Shown here: piece by piece, positions 47,697-57,750 of the stretch | Layout: every line of letters starts with the position of its first letter | Position numbering within the stretch: position 1 is the stretch's first letter | Source of the DNA: an uncultured Acidobacteriota bacterium | GTDB lineage: Bacteria > Acidobacteriota > Thermoanaerobaculia > Gp7-AA8 | DNA length: 64,000 nucleotides | Direction of reading: 5' to 3' | NCBI GenBank assembly: GCA_963741955.1 | Contig: CAVUKB010000005.1 | Span: forward strand, 1,216,001 to 1,280,000 | The notes under the pieces: generated by a model | The model's database searches: none | What the model saw: only the letters and a program-made list of their open reading frames with translations | Told to the model about the DNA's origin: nothing | Position numbers and translations under genes: made by a program

Positions 47697-49328
47697 ATGT
47701 CCAACGGTATCGTTCACCCCCCGAAGCCAATCAACGAGCCGGTACTCTCGTTCGCGCCCGGCACTCCGGAACGAGCGGTTCTGAAGAAGAAACTCGGCGA
47801 GTTTCTCGCTGAGCAGATCGAGATCCCGCTGATCATCGGCGGAAAAGAAGTGCGGACCGGCCGCACCGCCAGGGCGGTCTGCCCTCACGACCACGGACAC
47901 GTGCTCGCCACGTACCATCAGGCCGGTCCGGACGAGGTGGCGCAAGCTGTCGCCGCTGCCCGCGAGGCGTGGAAGAGCTGGTCCGAGATGCCGTGGGAAC
48001 AGCGAGCGGCTGTGTTCCTCAAGGCAGCCGAACTTCTCGCCGGCCCATGGCGAGCGACACTGAACGCCGCCACGATGCTCAACCAGGCCAAGACGGTTCA
48101 CCAGGCCGAGATCGACTCCGCGTGCGAGACGATCGATTTCCTCCGATTCAATCCGTGGTACATGCGGTTCATTTACGAGCAGCAGCCGGAGAGCGCTCCC
48201 GGAACCTGGAACTATGTCGAGTACCGGCCGCTGGAGGGGTTCGTCTTCGCGGTCACACCCTTCAACTTCAGCTCCATCGCCGGCAATCTTCCGACCTCGC
48301 CCGCGATGATGGGCAACGTGGTTCTCTGGAAGCCGGCGTCGTCGGCCGTTTTCTCCGCCTATTACTTCATGAAGCTCCTCCAGGCCGCGGGTCTGCCGGA
48401 CGGAGTGATCAACTTCATCCCCGGTCGCGGAGGAGACGTCGGTGAGCCTGTTCTCGCCAGTCCTCATCTCGCGGGAGTGCACTTCACAGGTTCCACCGGA
48501 GTGTTCCAGGGGATGTGGAAGACCATCGGCGAGAACATCTCCACCTATCGAACCTATCCGCGCATCGTCGGCGAAACGGGCGGCAAGGATTTCGTCTTCG
48601 CGCACCCCACCGCGGACGTGCCCGCGCTCGCGACCGCGCTCGTTCGGGGATCGTTCGAGTATCAGGGGCAGAAGTGCTCGGCCGCATCTCGCGCCTACAT
48701 TCCGAAGTCGATCTGGCCCGCGACGAAGAAAGCTCTTCTCTCCCAGGTCGGCGAGATCCGAACCGGCGATCCGACCGATTTCAGGAACTTCTTCTCGGCG
48801 GTCATCGACAAGGGGGCGTATCGCACGATCATGGAGTACATCGATTTCGCGCGATCGTCGAAGGAAGCAGAGATCCTGATCGGCGGAAAGGGTGACGACT
48901 CGGTGGGCTATTTCATCGAACCGACCGTGGTGCTCACCACCAATCCCAATTTCAGACTGATCAAGGAAGAGATCTTCGGTCCGGTGCTGACGATCTACGT
49001 GTACGAAGACGCAAAGCTCGACGAGACACTCGAGAGCTGTGATACCTGCAGCCCTTACGGCCTCACCGGCGCCGTCTTCGCTCAGGATCGCGAGGCGATC
49101 GGCATGATGGCGCGCAGACTCCGCCATGCAGCGGGCAACTTCTACATCAACGACAAACCGACCGGTGCAGTGGTCGGGCAGCAGCCGTTCGGAGGTTCGA
49201 GAGCGTCCGGGACGAATGACAAGGCTGGCTCGTACCTCAACCTCACCCGTTGGGTCTCCCAGCGCGCGGTCAAGGAAACGTTCGTCCCCCCGACACACTT
49301 CTCCTATCCCTTCATGGGAGAGGAATAG
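47697..49328 (+). CDS. pruA: L-glutamate gamma-semialdehyde (P5C) dehydrogenase
   Basis: AGGAGG RBS. PFNF, FTGST, GETGGKDF, FEYQGQKCSA, EIFGPV and GQQPFGG motifs. Confidence 0.96.
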   Translation: MSNGIVHPPKPINEPVLSFAPGTPERAVLKKKLGEFLAEQIEIPLIIGGKEVRTGRTARAVCPHDHGHVLATYHQAGPDEVAQAVAAAREAWKSWSEMPWEQRAAVFLKAAELLAGPWRATLNAATMLNQAKTVHQAEIDSACETIDFLRFNPWYMRFIYEQQPESAPGTWNYVEYRPLEGFVFAVTPFNFSSIAGNLPTSPAMMGNVVLWKPASSAVFSAYYFMKLLQAAGLPDGVINFIPGRGGDVGEPVLASPHLAGVHFTGSTGVFQGMWKTIGENISTYRTYPRIVGETGGKDFVFAHPTADVPALATALVRGSFEYQGQKCSAASRAYIPKSIWPATKKALLSQVGEIRTGDPTDFRNFFSAVIDKGAYRTIMEYIDFARSSKEAEILIGGKGDDSVGYFIEPTVVLTTNPNFRLIKEEIFGPVLTIYVYEDAKLDETLESCDTCSPYGLTGAVFAQDREAIGMMARRLRHAAGNFYINDKPTGAVVGQQPFGGSRASGTNDKAGSYLNLTRWVSQRAVKETFVPPTHFSYPFMGEE

Positions 49329-49410
49329 CAGAGCCGATCCGGCCGGCGGGAGGACGATTGCACCCGTCCTCCCAGCCGTCCGGGCAGCCTCTCTGCACCA
49401 CGGGACGAGC

Positions 49411-50187
49411 ATGAAGACCGGCCTGCACCTTCTATTGTCCGCGGCGCTGCTATTCCTCCTCGCCGGCTGTTCACTCCTTCCCTGGTCGCATGAGCGCGGA
49501 AACGAAACGAATCTCGCATTCGATCTCGATCACAACCTCCTCATCGTTCCGGCACGGATCGAAGGGAAAGACGTCCGGCTCATCATCGCCTCCGCACAAC
49601 CCCAATCCGTTCTCTCGGCCGAGACCGCGCAGCGCATCTCTTTCGCTCCGGGGAAGAAGATCTCAGTTCTCCTCGGCGACCGAACTTCCGTACGGGTGAA
49701 GCCGCGAATCGCCGACCTCCACGGAATCGCGGACGGGATCCTCGGGATGGACGCGTGGTCGAGGCGTTCAATCACCATCGACTACCGGCGCGGACTCTTC
49801 ATCGTCAGTCGGAGCCAGGACGAGAATCTCCCCGGCAAGGTCTATCGCTTTCGCTCCAGGCCATCCATCCCCATCACCATCGGAGGGAGAAGCGTCACCG
49901 CCCTGGTCGACACCGCACTACCGGATACGGTGGTCCTTCCCGAGAGCTCACGAATCGACGCCGGGAGAGGGTCTCCCCGTTCGACTCTTCCCCTCACCGT
50001 CGGTGATGTCGACCTCGGAGAGCTCGACGTCGGGTACGCGAGCTCGAAGTTCGCATACGTGGGTAACCGCGTCCTTGCGAACTTTCTCCTCACGATCGAT
50101 TACCGGAGGGACCGTCTGAGTCTCTGGCCGTATCCCGAACCGATCTCGGGATCAGGGGACTCGCACCCGTCCTCTCACGTTCGATGA
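49411..50187 (+). CDS. Lipoprotein with two retropepsin-like domains (degenerate catalytic motifs)
   Basis: Lipobox LAGC. LIIASA...DGILGMD...ITIDY and ALVDTA...VGNRVL...LTIDY repeats. Confidence 0.65.
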   Translation: MKTGLHLLLSAALLFLLAGCSLLPWSHERGNETNLAFDLDHNLLIVPARIEGKDVRLIIASAQPQSVLSAETAQRISFAPGKKISVLLGDRTSVRVKPRIADLHGIADGILGMDAWSRRSITIDYRRGLFIVSRSQDENLPGKVYRFRSRPSIPITIGGRSVTALVDTALPDTVVLPESSRIDAGRGSPRSTLPLTVGDVDLGELDVGYASSKFAYVGNRVLANFLLTIDYRRDRLSLWPYPEPISGSGDSHPSSHVR

Positions 50188-50907
50188 GTGAACGCCGCCG
50201 CTTCCCGCGTTCCCGACGGTGAAGTCGCCGCCCACGTCGGCAACGTCGATGCTGCCGGAGCCGTCATCGTCGATCCTCACGTCGCGCACCACTTTCCGGA
50301 TCTCGATCGAACCGGAACCATCTTCGGTGATGTGAACACTCCCGACCCCGGCGATCTCGATTCCTCCGGATCCGTCCGACAGAGTGACATTCCCTCCGAC
50401 GTTCTGCACGCGCAGTTCGCCGGAGCCGTCTTCGATCTTCACGTCGCCGGTAATGTCGCGAACTTCGAGCGCACCCGAACCGTCATCGACATCTGCCGCT
50501 GCGACACCGGAGATGGTCGTCTCCCCACTCCCGTCATGCACCACGAGCTTCACCGATCGCGGAACCTCCACAGCCAGATCGAGCTTCGCTTCGTAATAGC
50601 CGATATGGAATCCGCTGTCCGGCATCTTCGCTTTGACGCGAATCTCGTTCCCCGACCGCGTGATCTCAATGTCGATTCCTGCGAGGATCGACTCGCTCGA
50701 TGCGCATGCGTCTCCACGAGCCGCGACCATTTTCGAGTCCGTCCCCTTGATCACCAGGCTTCCTGCCCCCGCTTCCACTCTCACGACCGAAACTCCATCG
50801 GCGTTCATCGTGCCGCTCCGTTTCGCGGAATGCGAACAATCCCACGAGGCCCACGCCGGCGCCGCCATCGCCGCAATACTCATCACCAGAATCACCTTCT
50901 TCCACAT
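50152..50907 (-). CDS. DUF4097-like exported beta-strand repeat protein
   Basis: GGAGGTG RBS, signal peptide, and repeated DGSG motifs. Confidence 0.85.
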   Translation of the reverse strand: MWKKVILVMSIAAMAAPAWASWDCSHSAKRSGTMNADGVSVVRVEAGAGSLVIKGTDSKMVAARGDACASSESILAGIDIEITRSGNEIRVKAKMPDSGFHIGYYEAKLDLAVEVPRSVKLVVHDGSGETTISGVAAADVDDGSGALEVRDITGDVKIEDGSGELRVQNVGGNVTLSDGSGGIEIAGVGSVHITEDGSGSIEIRKVVRDVRIDDDGSGSIDVADVGGDFTVGNAGSGGVHSSNVRGRVRVP

Positions 50908-50953
50908 GCAATCACCTCCACCCACCACATACGCAGAGCTCGGGCGAAAGTTG

Positions 50954-53821
50954 TCACGGCCGCCACCGGAGATTGATCCACCAGTTCGTCTCCCCCCGGA
51001 AAGGCTGGTCGAGAACCCGAGCCACTCCGGCGCCGAGATCGAAGGAAGGGAGGCGAAGCAACGGAACCGGACCGGAGCGGAGGTTCCATCGCACTCCCGC
51101 CGTCGAAAGCCACGGTCCGCGCGCACCGCTCGCGGACCAGACCCGATCGCGTGTGTAAAACAGCGTCACCGGCAGCCCCGCACGAATCGAGAGGATCTGT
51201 CCGAACGAGTCATCCCCGACCACTGTTCCCCGACGAAGGGCCGGCCGAAGGATGGACGTAGCATCCACTCCCTCCGGGATCAGCGATCCACGCGTACCGC
51301 CGAGGACCAGCCGGTCGAACGAGTGCTGTGCGTCGCGAACCTCACGCCGGTCGACGTCGAGAGCTGCTTCGAACGATCCGAACCCGCCTCCGATGGCATA
51401 GTGCCCCGATCCCAGTCGCCACTCCGCACCTGCGGTGCGCCCGGCGGAGAGCTCCAGTGCGCCTCGCTGTGAAAGGTGCCACTCCCCGACGGACGTCCGC
51501 CAGCTCACCTGCGGATGGACGAAGAGCGTGCGACGCATCGCCGTCTCGCCCGAGCGCCGTTCTCCGATCCGCTCGAGAGAAACTCCCCCTTCGAGGGTCA
51601 GCTCTGTGCCCCGCCAGATCCTTCCCCACTCCGCACCCAACGCCGCGCCGCGTCTGTGGACATCGAGTCCGAGTGCCAGTCGCGTCGCGTCAGATTGCTC
51701 CGACGGCCTCTGCTCGATGTCGAACAGTGCGACGCTCGGATGCACACTCCAGCCTCGCCATTTCGAGCGGATGCCTCCGCCGGTGATCCCGCCGGAACTC
51801 CCGAGTGAGCCGAGAACAAGCGTGTCGAGCCGGCCCACGACGTCGCCGAGCCGGACTCCAGCCTCGATCGTACGCCCCGAGACCGACCAGTCGCCTCCGG
51901 TGAGAAACATCGGTTCCTGCCGGCCGATGCCGTACGGATGTCCCGCTCCGACCACCTGCTGCCGAACCGCAGCGATCGGAGCCGCCGACGGCGTCGGGGG
52001 AAATCTCGCCGGCGCGCTGACCGGTGGAAGCGGGGCAGGCCAGGGCGACAACGCCAGCTTCCGGATGTCGAAGCCGTCCGGCTGGAGCGAGAGAAAATAG
52101 AGTGACGAATCATCGGGTGCCGGCGCCGGGCCGAACGCTGCTCCGGTGGTGCGGACGAGGACCATCGGTGGTCCGCCCGCAAGAGAGAACGCCGCAATAC
52201 TGATCAACCCCTCCGAGCCGACGGTGGCCAGAATGCGCGAGCCGTCGGCCGACCACGCCGGCTCGGCAATGGTTTCGTTTGCGCGGCCGCCGAGATCCCG
52301 TTCCGAGCCGGTGTCGAGTGCGCGGACGATCAGATGCCATGCGCGGTCCTGATGACGAACGAACGCGAGCGATCGTCCGTCCGGACTGACCCGGGGACGG
52401 CTGTACGTCTCCTCGATCGACGGCGGAGTGAGCTCGGAGACCGCGCCGCTACGGAGATCGACCCGGACGAGCTGCGAGAAACCCCACCGGTCGCGGACGG
52501 CGAAGGCGTACATCCCATCGCGAGAGGGATCGGGATCGCGTACGTCCGCGAGCGCCGTGAGGCGATCGACCTCTCCGCTCTCCGGCGTCCACCGGAAGAG
52601 ATCGGGATGGAGCACTCCGTCCGCGTCGGGTTCGAAGCGAACGAAAAGAACGGATCGGCCGTCCGGCATCCAGCGCGGGGAGAACGGCTCCTCGCGATCG
52701 ACGGTCACGAGCTGGTAGAGCGGTTTGCGTGGAAGGGGCTTCGCAAGCACCGGGGCCACATCTTCAGGATCCCGCCGGAGGAGCTTCTCGATTCTTCTGC
52801 TGCGTTCCTCGAGCGCCTCGGAGTTCGGGCCGGTGCTCCAGATCACCAGGCGCGACGGACCACGGCGGCTGCGAAGCACCGTCAGGAGAGCCTTCCCGTC
52901 CGGCGAAACCTCGGGGACGCCCGTGGTCCAGGAGAGATCCTGCCAGAGCTCTCCGTCGCGAAGGGCCGGCCGGAGCGCGTCATCGAGGTTCATCGCGTGC
53001 TGGGTCAGTTCGGCGGTAAAGCGATCGTAGAGCCTCGCGGGGGAATCGCCGAAGACCCCTTCGAACGCTTCATCGAAGCTGCGGTCGGTCCGGGCCGACA
53101 TCCGTCTCCAGAGGTGGTCGAGGCTCTCCGGGCCGTTCCGCTGCTCGAGCCATTCGAGGTATGCCGACCCTGCGAGATACGCCATCGACATGCCGAGCCA
53201 GCTCGAATTCGAGTCGAGCTGCTGGTATGACGGCAACCGTCCCTCTTCCGCCCATTTCCGCAAGACGGCCGCACGGAACGCGCCGTTCGGCCGGCCGGAG
53301 CCCGTGAGCTTTCCCTCGATCAGAGTCGCGAACCCTTCGTCGACCCAGCGCGGCGATTCGAGCGCGAGCGGACCGACCGGGAGGAGAGTGGAGAGAAAGC
53401 GTCGCCAGGGGCTGCGGGAGGGCCGAAGGAGATGGGCGAGATGAGTCTGCTCGTGCGTGATGAGGAGATCGGTCCAGTCGGTGTAGTTGCCGATGATCGA
53501 CTCCGGTGAGGGAGGAGTGGTCCAGAGGACGATCCGCGGAAACGTGAGAAACGGCCACGCCGAGCCGTTCGGAGCGGCGAGCGGATCCATCACCAGGACG
53601 TCGATTCTCTCGCCCGGCTCGAATCCGACCTCCGCCGCGACGTCCGTCGCGATCGACTCGATCCTCGCGGCCGCGCGCAGGGCCCACGATTCCCATGGAG
53701 CGGGATAGTGGATTCGATAATGCGGAGTCTCGATGGTCCGCCAGTCCCGATCCGGAGCCTGGGCGTATGATGTTGCGGCGATTGCGACGGCCACGAGCGC
53801 GAGCAAGGTTCGGAGTCTCAT
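50954..53821 (-). CDS. Exported gluzincin-like domain + TolB-like propeller + putative C-terminal beta-barrel protein
   Basis: Signal peptide, WRTIETPHYRIHY, HEQTH...WVDEGFA, several SPDG repeats, and amphipathic C-terminal strands ending INLRWRP. Confidence 0.8.
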   Translation of the reverse strand: MRLRTLLALVAVAIAATSYAQAPDRDWRTIETPHYRIHYPAPWESWALRAAARIESIATDVAAEVGFEPGERIDVLVMDPLAAPNGSAWPFLTFPRIVLWTTPPSPESIIGNYTDWTDLLITHEQTHLAHLLRPSRSPWRRFLSTLLPVGPLALESPRWVDEGFATLIEGKLTGSGRPNGAFRAAVLRKWAEEGRLPSYQQLDSNSSWLGMSMAYLAGSAYLEWLEQRNGPESLDHLWRRMSARTDRSFDEAFEGVFGDSPARLYDRFTAELTQHAMNLDDALRPALRDGELWQDLSWTTGVPEVSPDGKALLTVLRSRRGPSRLVIWSTGPNSEALEERSRRIEKLLRRDPEDVAPVLAKPLPRKPLYQLVTVDREEPFSPRWMPDGRSVLFVRFEPDADGVLHPDLFRWTPESGEVDRLTALADVRDPDPSRDGMYAFAVRDRWGFSQLVRVDLRSGAVSELTPPSIEETYSRPRVSPDGRSLAFVRHQDRAWHLIVRALDTGSERDLGGRANETIAEPAWSADGSRILATVGSEGLISIAAFSLAGGPPMVLVRTTGAAFGPAPAPDDSSLYFLSLQPDGFDIRKLALSPWPAPLPPVSAPARFPPTPSAAPIAAVRQQVVGAGHPYGIGRQEPMFLTGGDWSVSGRTIEAGVRLGDVVGRLDTLVLGSLGSSGGITGGGIRSKWRGWSVHPSVALFDIEQRPSEQSDATRLALGLDVHRRGAALGAEWGRIWRGTELTLEGGVSLERIGERRSGETAMRRTLFVHPQVSWRTSVGEWHLSQRGALELSAGRTAGAEWRLGSGHYAIGGGFGSFEAALDVDRREVRDAQHSFDRLVLGGTRGSLIPEGVDATSILRPALRRGTVVGDDSFGQILSIRAGLPVTLFYTRDRVWSASGARGPWLSTAGVRWNLRSGPVPLLRLPSFDLGAGVARVLDQPFRGETNWWINLRWRP

Positions 53822-53884
53822 CCCGGATATTCTCTCGTCTGCGCTCGTCGCGAGCGACCCCATGGTACGCAAGGAGGTTCGTCG

Positions 53885-54937
53885 ATGAAATTCGTTCCCA
53901 CACTCCTGATGGCAATGCTCGGATTCTGCGGAATTTCGTTCGCCGCGGAGCCGGCTCCGATCGCAATGGTGATGCACGGCGGCGCTGGAACCATCCTCAA
54001 AAAGAACATGACCCCGGAAGCGGAGAAAGCATATCGGGAAAAGCTCGAAGAAGCACTCCGTACCGGTTACACCGTGCTTTCGAAGGGAGGCAGCAGCCTC
54101 GACGCGGTCGAGGCGTCGATCCGGGTTCTGGAAGACTCTCCTTTGTTCAACGCCGGAAAAGGAGCTGTATTCACCCACGAAGGGCGCAATGAGCTCGACT
54201 CGTCGATCATGGACGGAAAGAGCATGAATGCCGGGGCAGTGGCGGACGTCACGATCATCAAGCATCCCATCTCTGCCGCCCGAGCAGTGATGGAGAAGTC
54301 ACCTCACGTGATGCTCGCCGGGAAGGGAGCCGAGCTGTTCGCCACGGAACAGGGACTGGAGATCGTCGACCCGTCGTACTTCTGGACCGAGAGCCGCTGG
54401 AAGTCGCTTCAGAACATACTGATCAAAGAACGGCAGGAGAAGGAAAACAAGAGCGGATCGGGAGCCGGGCAGGCCACGCTCGAGCTGAAAGACGGTGACC
54501 ACGAGTTCGGCACGGTCGGCGCGGTCGCTGTCGATCGGAACGGGAACATCGCCGCGGGAACCTCCACCGGCGGCCTCACGAACAAGATGTACGGCCGCAT
54601 CGGCGACTCGCCGATCATCGGCGCCGGAACGTATGCGGACAACAGGACCTGCGGAGTCTCGTCCACCGGAACCGGCGAGTACTTCATCCGCTGGCATGTC
54701 GCCTCGCGGATCTCCGACCTGATGGAGCTCAAAGGATTGAGCGTCGACCAGGCCGCGCGGCAGGTGATCGATTTCCTCACCACGGTCGGCGGGGACGGGG
54801 GAGTCATCGCGATGGATGCGAAGGGAAACATCTCGATGCCGTTCAACACCGAGGGGATGTACCGCGGATACATCCGCGCGGACGGAACGCCGCACGTGTT
54901 CATTTACGGAGACCAGGCGAAGAGCGCCAAGCCGTGA
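53885..54937 (+). CDS. iaaA: Isoaspartyl peptidase / L-asparaginase (Ntn hydrolase), exported
   Basis: HGGAG, FNAGKG, GTVGAVA (Thr nucleophile), TSTGG and GRIGDSP motifs. AAGGAGG RBS. Confidence 0.93.
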   Translation: MKFVPTLLMAMLGFCGISFAAEPAPIAMVMHGGAGTILKKNMTPEAEKAYREKLEEALRTGYTVLSKGGSSLDAVEASIRVLEDSPLFNAGKGAVFTHEGRNELDSSIMDGKSMNAGAVADVTIIKHPISAARAVMEKSPHVMLAGKGAELFATEQGLEIVDPSYFWTESRWKSLQNILIKERQEKENKSGSGAGQATLELKDGDHEFGTVGAVAVDRNGNIAAGTSTGGLTNKMYGRIGDSPIIGAGTYADNRTCGVSSTGTGEYFIRWHVASRISDLMELKGLSVDQAARQVIDFLTTVGGDGGVIAMDAKGNISMPFNTEGMYRGYIRADGTPHVFIYGDQAKSAKP

Positions 54938-55131
54938 ACGCCGCCTCCAACCATCATCGTCGCGCATTCGGCGTTCTGTCGTCTTGATTTGCGAGGAGGC
55001 ACAGACCATCTTTCTCGATCGAAGCCGGTCCGCCCCTGGGCGGTTCGCGGACCGAATTGTCGCCCGCCGTGCAGCGAGGGGGGCGACACCGGCTTCGAGG
55101 TCCGACGGCGATCCGAGTCCCATCGATCCGT

Positions 55132-56841
55132 TCAGAAGGTCCAGGGAAAGTAAAGCATCTCTGGACTCGGGAATTCACTCAACATGTCGATCCTGTGAGT
55201 CCATATCACCGCAACCGGCGCGGCGGGATTACCGCCTTCCACAGAGATCTCATGTCGTCCGCTCTCCAGCCACAAACCCTGCGAAGTCATCTGCTTTCCG
55301 TCGATCGACACACGTGGGGCGCCCGAGCCATAGATTCGATACATACCCGTCGAGGCGATAGGGAATGCCGCTCGACCACCGCGCCAGTCGGATGGAGCGA
55401 CAATCCATCCAGTCACGCCGACTTTCCCGTATACGAGCGGAAAGGCCTTGCCCAGGAAGGCGCGATCGGAGCGACTCAGCCAACCGGTCCTGTACGAGGG
55501 CACGACCAATCGGACGTGGTAGCGCCAAAGTTCCTGAGATATCCGAAATTCTCCCTGCCAATAACGGGGCATCATCAGGCTGTGGAGGCGCCAGTAATAC
55601 GGTCCTTTTCGGAACAGAATCAGGCCCGCCGTGTCATAGACCCGCTCATCCGAAGGCACCACTGCCATAACGATCCGGTTCGCCTCCAACTGGGGCGCGA
55701 GCGAGTTCGTCTGAGCGAGCGAGACGAACCGAAACGTCGGAAATGCCACGACCAGCACGACGAGCAACCACCCTGCCCAGTTCCGAATTTGAAAAGCACG
55801 CTGGAGTGCCATGCCCGCGAAGACCGCCCAAACGGGGGCTACGTCCACGAAGTTGTATGGAAAGAAGGTCGGGTTGGCAATCACGTAGACGATCGTAAAC
55901 AGCAGCGGTGCAGCGAGGATGTAACTCCGCCTGCCGTACCGTCTGAAAGCCACTCCGAGAACTCCTGCCAGCGTCAGCGCGTAGAAAACGGAATTCCGCA
56001 GGAATGACGTCTCGAAGAAACCGATCGGACTGACGCGGCTGATGGGAGCGGCAGAAACCTGCAGGTTCCGGACGATCGTCTCTGCGAAGAGCTGCAGGTC
56101 TCCTCTTGCGGTCAGGTAGAGGAGGTAAGACAGCAGAACCAGTCCTAGACCTGCCGCGAAGGCAAGAAGGTGATCGAAGAATCGTCTCCACCTTTCACCA
56201 CTCCATACGTGCAGAAGGATCGCCAGACCGAGAAACGGGATCATCAGGAACGCTTTGAAGTTGAACGTGAACGCGAGTCCGGTCATGGCTCCCGACAGCA
56301 GAAGTGCGAGCCTCGAATCCGTTTGAATCAGAATAATCGCCGTGAGCATCAGCAGGATCAGGACCGAATCACTCCGAAATTCGATCACCCGGTCACTGAA
56401 ATCAGTCATGAAGGAGATCGCGATCATCGCGAGCACGGCCGCGGATCGTCCCGCGATCCTCAGCGCGAGGACTCCGGTCAACAAAATGACGGTTGCACCG
56501 ACGCCCCATTGAATCGAGCGAAACAAATACACTCCTCGGAGACTCGATCCAAGGATCCTCCAGATTCCCTCGGCCAGATCGATCAGCAGACTGAACTGCG
56601 GAAACGAATAGTCGACACCCGGCCGCTCGCCCGCGGACCGAAGCCATCCAAGATGGAGCAGTTGCATCTCGTCCACCTGCAGGTAACGGCTCCAGGCAAC
56701 CACCAGCCTCACCAGCATGGCAAAGCCGATCAGAGCGAAACCGTAAAAACGAAATCTGGAAGAAGATTCGAACGGCCCTTCGGCGGGAAGATTCGTGAGC
56801 TGACTTTCGACCGATGAGTCGGACTGCGCAGTCACCGACAT
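55132..56841 (-). CDS. Polytopic membrane protein, GT-C fold (ArnT/PMT-like) glycosyltransferase candidate
   Basis: DE motif after TM1 (QVDEMQLLH), EFRSD, FNFK, about 11 TM segments and a soluble C-terminal tail. Confidence 0.65.
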   Translation of the reverse strand: MSVTAQSDSSVESQLTNLPAEGPFESSSRFRFYGFALIGFAMLVRLVVAWSRYLQVDEMQLLHLGWLRSAGERPGVDYSFPQFSLLIDLAEGIWRILGSSLRGVYLFRSIQWGVGATVILLTGVLALRIAGRSAAVLAMIAISFMTDFSDRVIEFRSDSVLILLMLTAIILIQTDSRLALLLSGAMTGLAFTFNFKAFLMIPFLGLAILLHVWSGERWRRFFDHLLAFAAGLGLVLLSYLLYLTARGDLQLFAETIVRNLQVSAAPISRVSPIGFFETSFLRNSVFYALTLAGVLGVAFRRYGRRSYILAAPLLFTIVYVIANPTFFPYNFVDVAPVWAVFAGMALQRAFQIRNWAGWLLVVLVVAFPTFRFVSLAQTNSLAPQLEANRIVMAVVPSDERVYDTAGLILFRKGPYYWRLHSLMMPRYWQGEFRISQELWRYHVRLVVPSYRTGWLSRSDRAFLGKAFPLVYGKVGVTGWIVAPSDWRGGRAAFPIASTGMYRIYGSGAPRVSIDGKQMTSQGLWLESGRHEISVEGGNPAAPVAVIWTHRIDMLSEFPSPEMLYFPWTF

Positions 56842-57018
56842 GATCCGGATCACCTGGATCGAAGCAGCACGATTACGGCCAGGAATACACTCTGGGCCCA
56901 GGCCGTGGCAGCTCCGACTCCTGATTCCACGCCGCCAGCGGCGAGCACGCCACGCCGCCAGAGCTCGCCATATGTTATCATTTCGCGATTTCGATCATTC
57001 AATTCGACCTTCCTTCGC

Positions 57019-57750
57019 ATGGATTCACCAATTCTGACCATCGCGATGCCGGTGTTCAACGAGGAAGCTGTGATCGCCGGCACAGTCCGCGAGGCGCTTG
57101 CCGCGCTCGACTCTTTCGAGGAGCCGGGAGAGGTTCTCGTCATCAACGACGGATCGACCGACCGGACTACGGAAGTCCTCACCCTCCTCCTTGATCGCGA
57201 CGCTCGACTGCGGGTCATCTCGAACGAGACGAACTACGGTATCTCCCGCTTCAACCGACAGATGATCGAGCATGCTCGGGGTGAGTGGGTTTTTTTCATT
57301 GGGTCGGACGGAGAATGGGAGTGTGCCGAGGCCATCCGGTTCCTCCGTTTTGCGCGCGAGAAAAACGTCGAGGCAGTGCTTGGATACCGGGTTCGGAAGC
57401 AATATGGCGTGTGGCGTTCCGTCGTATCCGCCTCTTTCAATCTCCTGGTTTTTCTCTGTTTCGGCGCCAGGTTTCGCGACGTCGGAAGCATCCGGCTTCT
57501 GAAACGAAGCACCTTTGGGGCACTTCGTCTCTATTCTCGATCGGCTTTTCTGAATGCGGAGCGGCTCCTCGTCGGGAAGAGGAGGGGCGCGCACTACTTA
57601 CAAGTACCCGTCAAACACCTCAGACGGAAGGGAGGGAGAGGCAGGGGAGCAACTCCGCGACGAGTGCTCGCCTCGCTCGCGGATCTCTTTCGCACGCGCT
57701 GGCGCTGGTTTCGATTCCAGACCTTCTATGGAGGCGAAAGTTCTCGGTGA
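57019..57750 (+). CDS. GT2 glycosyltransferase (polyprenol-phosphate sugar synthase-like)
   Basis: MPVFNEE, INDGSTDRT, GSDGE and VLGYR motifs. 243 aa. Confidence 0.88.
   Translation: MDSPILTIAMPVFNEEAVIAGTVREALAALDSFEEPGEVLVINDGSTDRTTEVLTLLLDRDARLRVISNETNYGISRFNRQMIEHARGEWVFFIGSDGEWECAEAIRFLRFAREKNVEAVLGYRVRKQYGVWRSVVSASFNLLVFLCFGARFRDVGSIRLLKRSTFGALRLYSRSAFLNAERLLVGKRRGAHYLQVPVKHLRRKGGRGRGATPRRVLASLADLFRTRWRWFRFQTFYGGESSR

Noticed and set aside
49344-49378. Hairpin after pruA as an intrinsic terminator
   Set aside because: A 9-bp stem is present but there is no U-tract, so a terminator call is not supported.
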